Assembly: GCA_963793305.1 (NCBI GenBank)
Contig: CAWBZV010000005.1
Span: 768,001 to 832,000, forward strand
DNA length: 64,000 nucleotides
Direction: 5' to 3'
Source of the DNA: an uncultured Gemmatimonadales bacterium
Lineage (GTDB): Bacteria; Gemmatimonadota; Gemmatimonadetes; Gemmatimonadales; Gemmatimonadaceae
The translations under genes were made by a program, and so were the position numbers. This document shows positions 62,650 to 64,000 of the stretch, piece after piece. The notes beneath the pieces are model-generated. The model saw only the letters and a program-made list of their open reading frames with translations. It was not told the origin of the DNA and did no database searches. Numbering within the stretch: the first letter of the stretch is position 1; each line of letters starts with the position of its first letter.

Positions 62650-63774
62650 ATGGCCGCACGGTATGTCGTTATTGTCTTGGCGGTTGGATGCTCGATCGGA
62701 TGCGCCAATGCGCCGAGCGCCATCTTCGGCGGCGTGGCGGACAGTGCCTACATCGGTTTTGCGATCCCGATAGCGGATACCGGGAACGGATCCGCCATCG
62801 CCCCGTATGCGAACGGCGCCCGCCTCGGACTGGACCAGCTGAACGCCACACGCCCTCGAGGTGCACGACCGCTGGCCCTGCGGTTGCCACGGCGTGGGCT
62901 GAGCGACCTCGCACTCGCGGTGGCATTCCGCGACGATCCCACGATCATCGGCGTGATTGGCCATCTGGGCAGCGGGCCCACCATGGCGGCGGCGCCGGTG
63001 TACGCGGACATCGAACACGATGGACGGCACGCCTTGGTTGCCGTCGCGCCCACGTCGACCAATCCGCGCGTCACACAAACGACCCACTGGGTCTTCCGCG
63101 TGTGCCCGACGGACGACGATGGCGCACGGGCGGTCGCGCGGTATGTCGCCGTGTCACTGCATCTGACACGGGTCGCGATCCTCTACCAGGATAATTTGTT
63201 CGGGCGCGGGTACTGGACGTCCGTCACCAGGGAGCTCGCCGCGCACGGCGTGACGGTGTTGGAGCACGACCCCTACGTCAGCAACATCAGCGGATATGAT
63301 GCCTATGCGACGCGGCTGACGCGCCGCGGCGCCGAGGCGATCATCATGGCCGGCGAGTACTCGGACGTGCTCCCGATCATTCGTGAGGCCCGTCGCCAAG
63401 GCAGTCGCGCCGCGCTCATCGGCGGTGACGCGTTCTCCGGCATGGGATCCGTGCCCGTGCTGGCGAAGGAATTCGCGGGCTTGCGATACACGACGTTCTA
63501 CGATCCGACCGATTCGTCCTCGGCCACTCGCGCGTTCGCCGAGGCGTATCGACGGCGATTCGGCGTGCCGGCGGAACCGGGGGCCGCGCTCGCGTACGAT
63601 GCCGCCACGGTGATCGGGAGAGCCGAGCTCGCGGTCGGGCCGAATCGCGCGCGCATCCGCGACTGGATCGCGCACGCGCCGCCGTTGGCGGGAGCAACGG
63701 GCACCATACGGTTCGCGCCGAACCGCGGCGACCCAATCGACAAGCAGGTCGAGATGGCCGAGTTGCATCCGTGA
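62650..63774 (+). CDS. Branched-chain amino acid (LivJ-like) ABC substrate-binding protein
   Basis: GVIGHLGSG, WVFRVCPTD, AALAYDA, GATGTIRF. Confidence 0.85.
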   Translation: MAARYVVIVLAVGCSIGCANAPSAIFGGVADSAYIGFAIPIADTGNGSAIAPYANGARLGLDQLNATRPRGARPLALRLPRRGLSDLALAVAFRDDPTIIGVIGHLGSGPTMAAAPVYADIEHDGRHALVAVAPTSTNPRVTQTTHWVFRVCPTDDDGARAVARYVAVSLHLTRVAILYQDNLFGRGYWTSVTRELAAHGVTVLEHDPYVSNISGYDAYATRLTRRGAEAIIMAGEYSDVLPIIREARRQGSRAALIGGDAFSGMGSVPVLAKEFAGLRYTTFYDPTDSSSATRAFAEAYRRRFGVPAEPGAALAYDAATVIGRAELAVGPNRARIRDWIAHAPPLAGATGTIRFAPNRGDPIDKQVEMAELHP

Positions 63775-63825
63775 GCAAGCGAGTACAGGAAATCACGCCG
63801 CGATGACGGCTCATCAGACGGCATC

Positions 63826-63996
63826 ATGGCGACACTTGGTGGGACGAGGAGCGGCGCGACCGGTATCAATGCTTCCGGTGTGGTAACGGGCTATAGCACG
63901 TTGAGCGGCGACGCCGGAACTGACGTGTTCCGTTGGAATGGCGCGATGACGGCCCTGACCATACCCCCCGCGCTCGACTCCGCGTACCCGAATTAG
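63826..63996 (+). pseudogene. Fragment resembling one HAF-type extracellular repeat
   Basis: TLGGTRSGATGINASGVVTGYS...VFRWNGAMTAL. Confidence 0.45.
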
Positions 63997-64000
63997 TCGG

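Larger units (their letters stand above)
62405..64000. mobile_element. Left end of a third related element (right boundary outside the window)
   Basis: Arm repeats after the core plus an integrase 3' remnant in the position equivalent to element 1. Confidence 0.65.

Overview
High-GC bacterial window; the gene style (Hanks kinases, ACIII, SusC/SusD-like pair) suggests Gemmatimonadota, which is inference only. 1-21.4 kb is core-like: two Ser/Thr kinases, a chemoreceptor, a CHASE3 histidine kinase, an ABC-2 exporter, speA, sodA, dedA, trmJ, an alternative complex III operon (actABCDEF) and trxC. A tRNA-Ala(TGC) at 21392-21464 is the target of a tandem array of related tyrosine-integrase elements. 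Its 46-bp 3' end recurs at 42773-42818 and 62405-62450, each time with conserved arm repeats. Element 1 (about 21 kb) carries an integrase, excisionase, relaxase-like gene, a three-operator divergent switch and defence-type cargo. The centrepiece is a Ubl-E2-JAB-E1 (BilABCD-like) operon transcribed divergently from an RHH-GNAT-XRE-IrrE-small Zn-protein operon, followed by PD-(D/E)xK, HEPN-like and Cys-His-Asp/SEC-C genes. Element 2 (about 20 kb) has no intact integrase and carries a nucleotidyltransferase module, MarR/monooxygenase, an ECF-FecR-SusCD-glycoside hydrolase locus and a TsdA/SoxCD-like sulfur cassette. Element 3 starts at about 62.4 kb. Seven clear frameshifts (plus a probable eighth) are all +1, the clear ones at short A/T runs, so they are probably sequencing errors. 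All family assignments are from motif recognition by eye; no searches were run.
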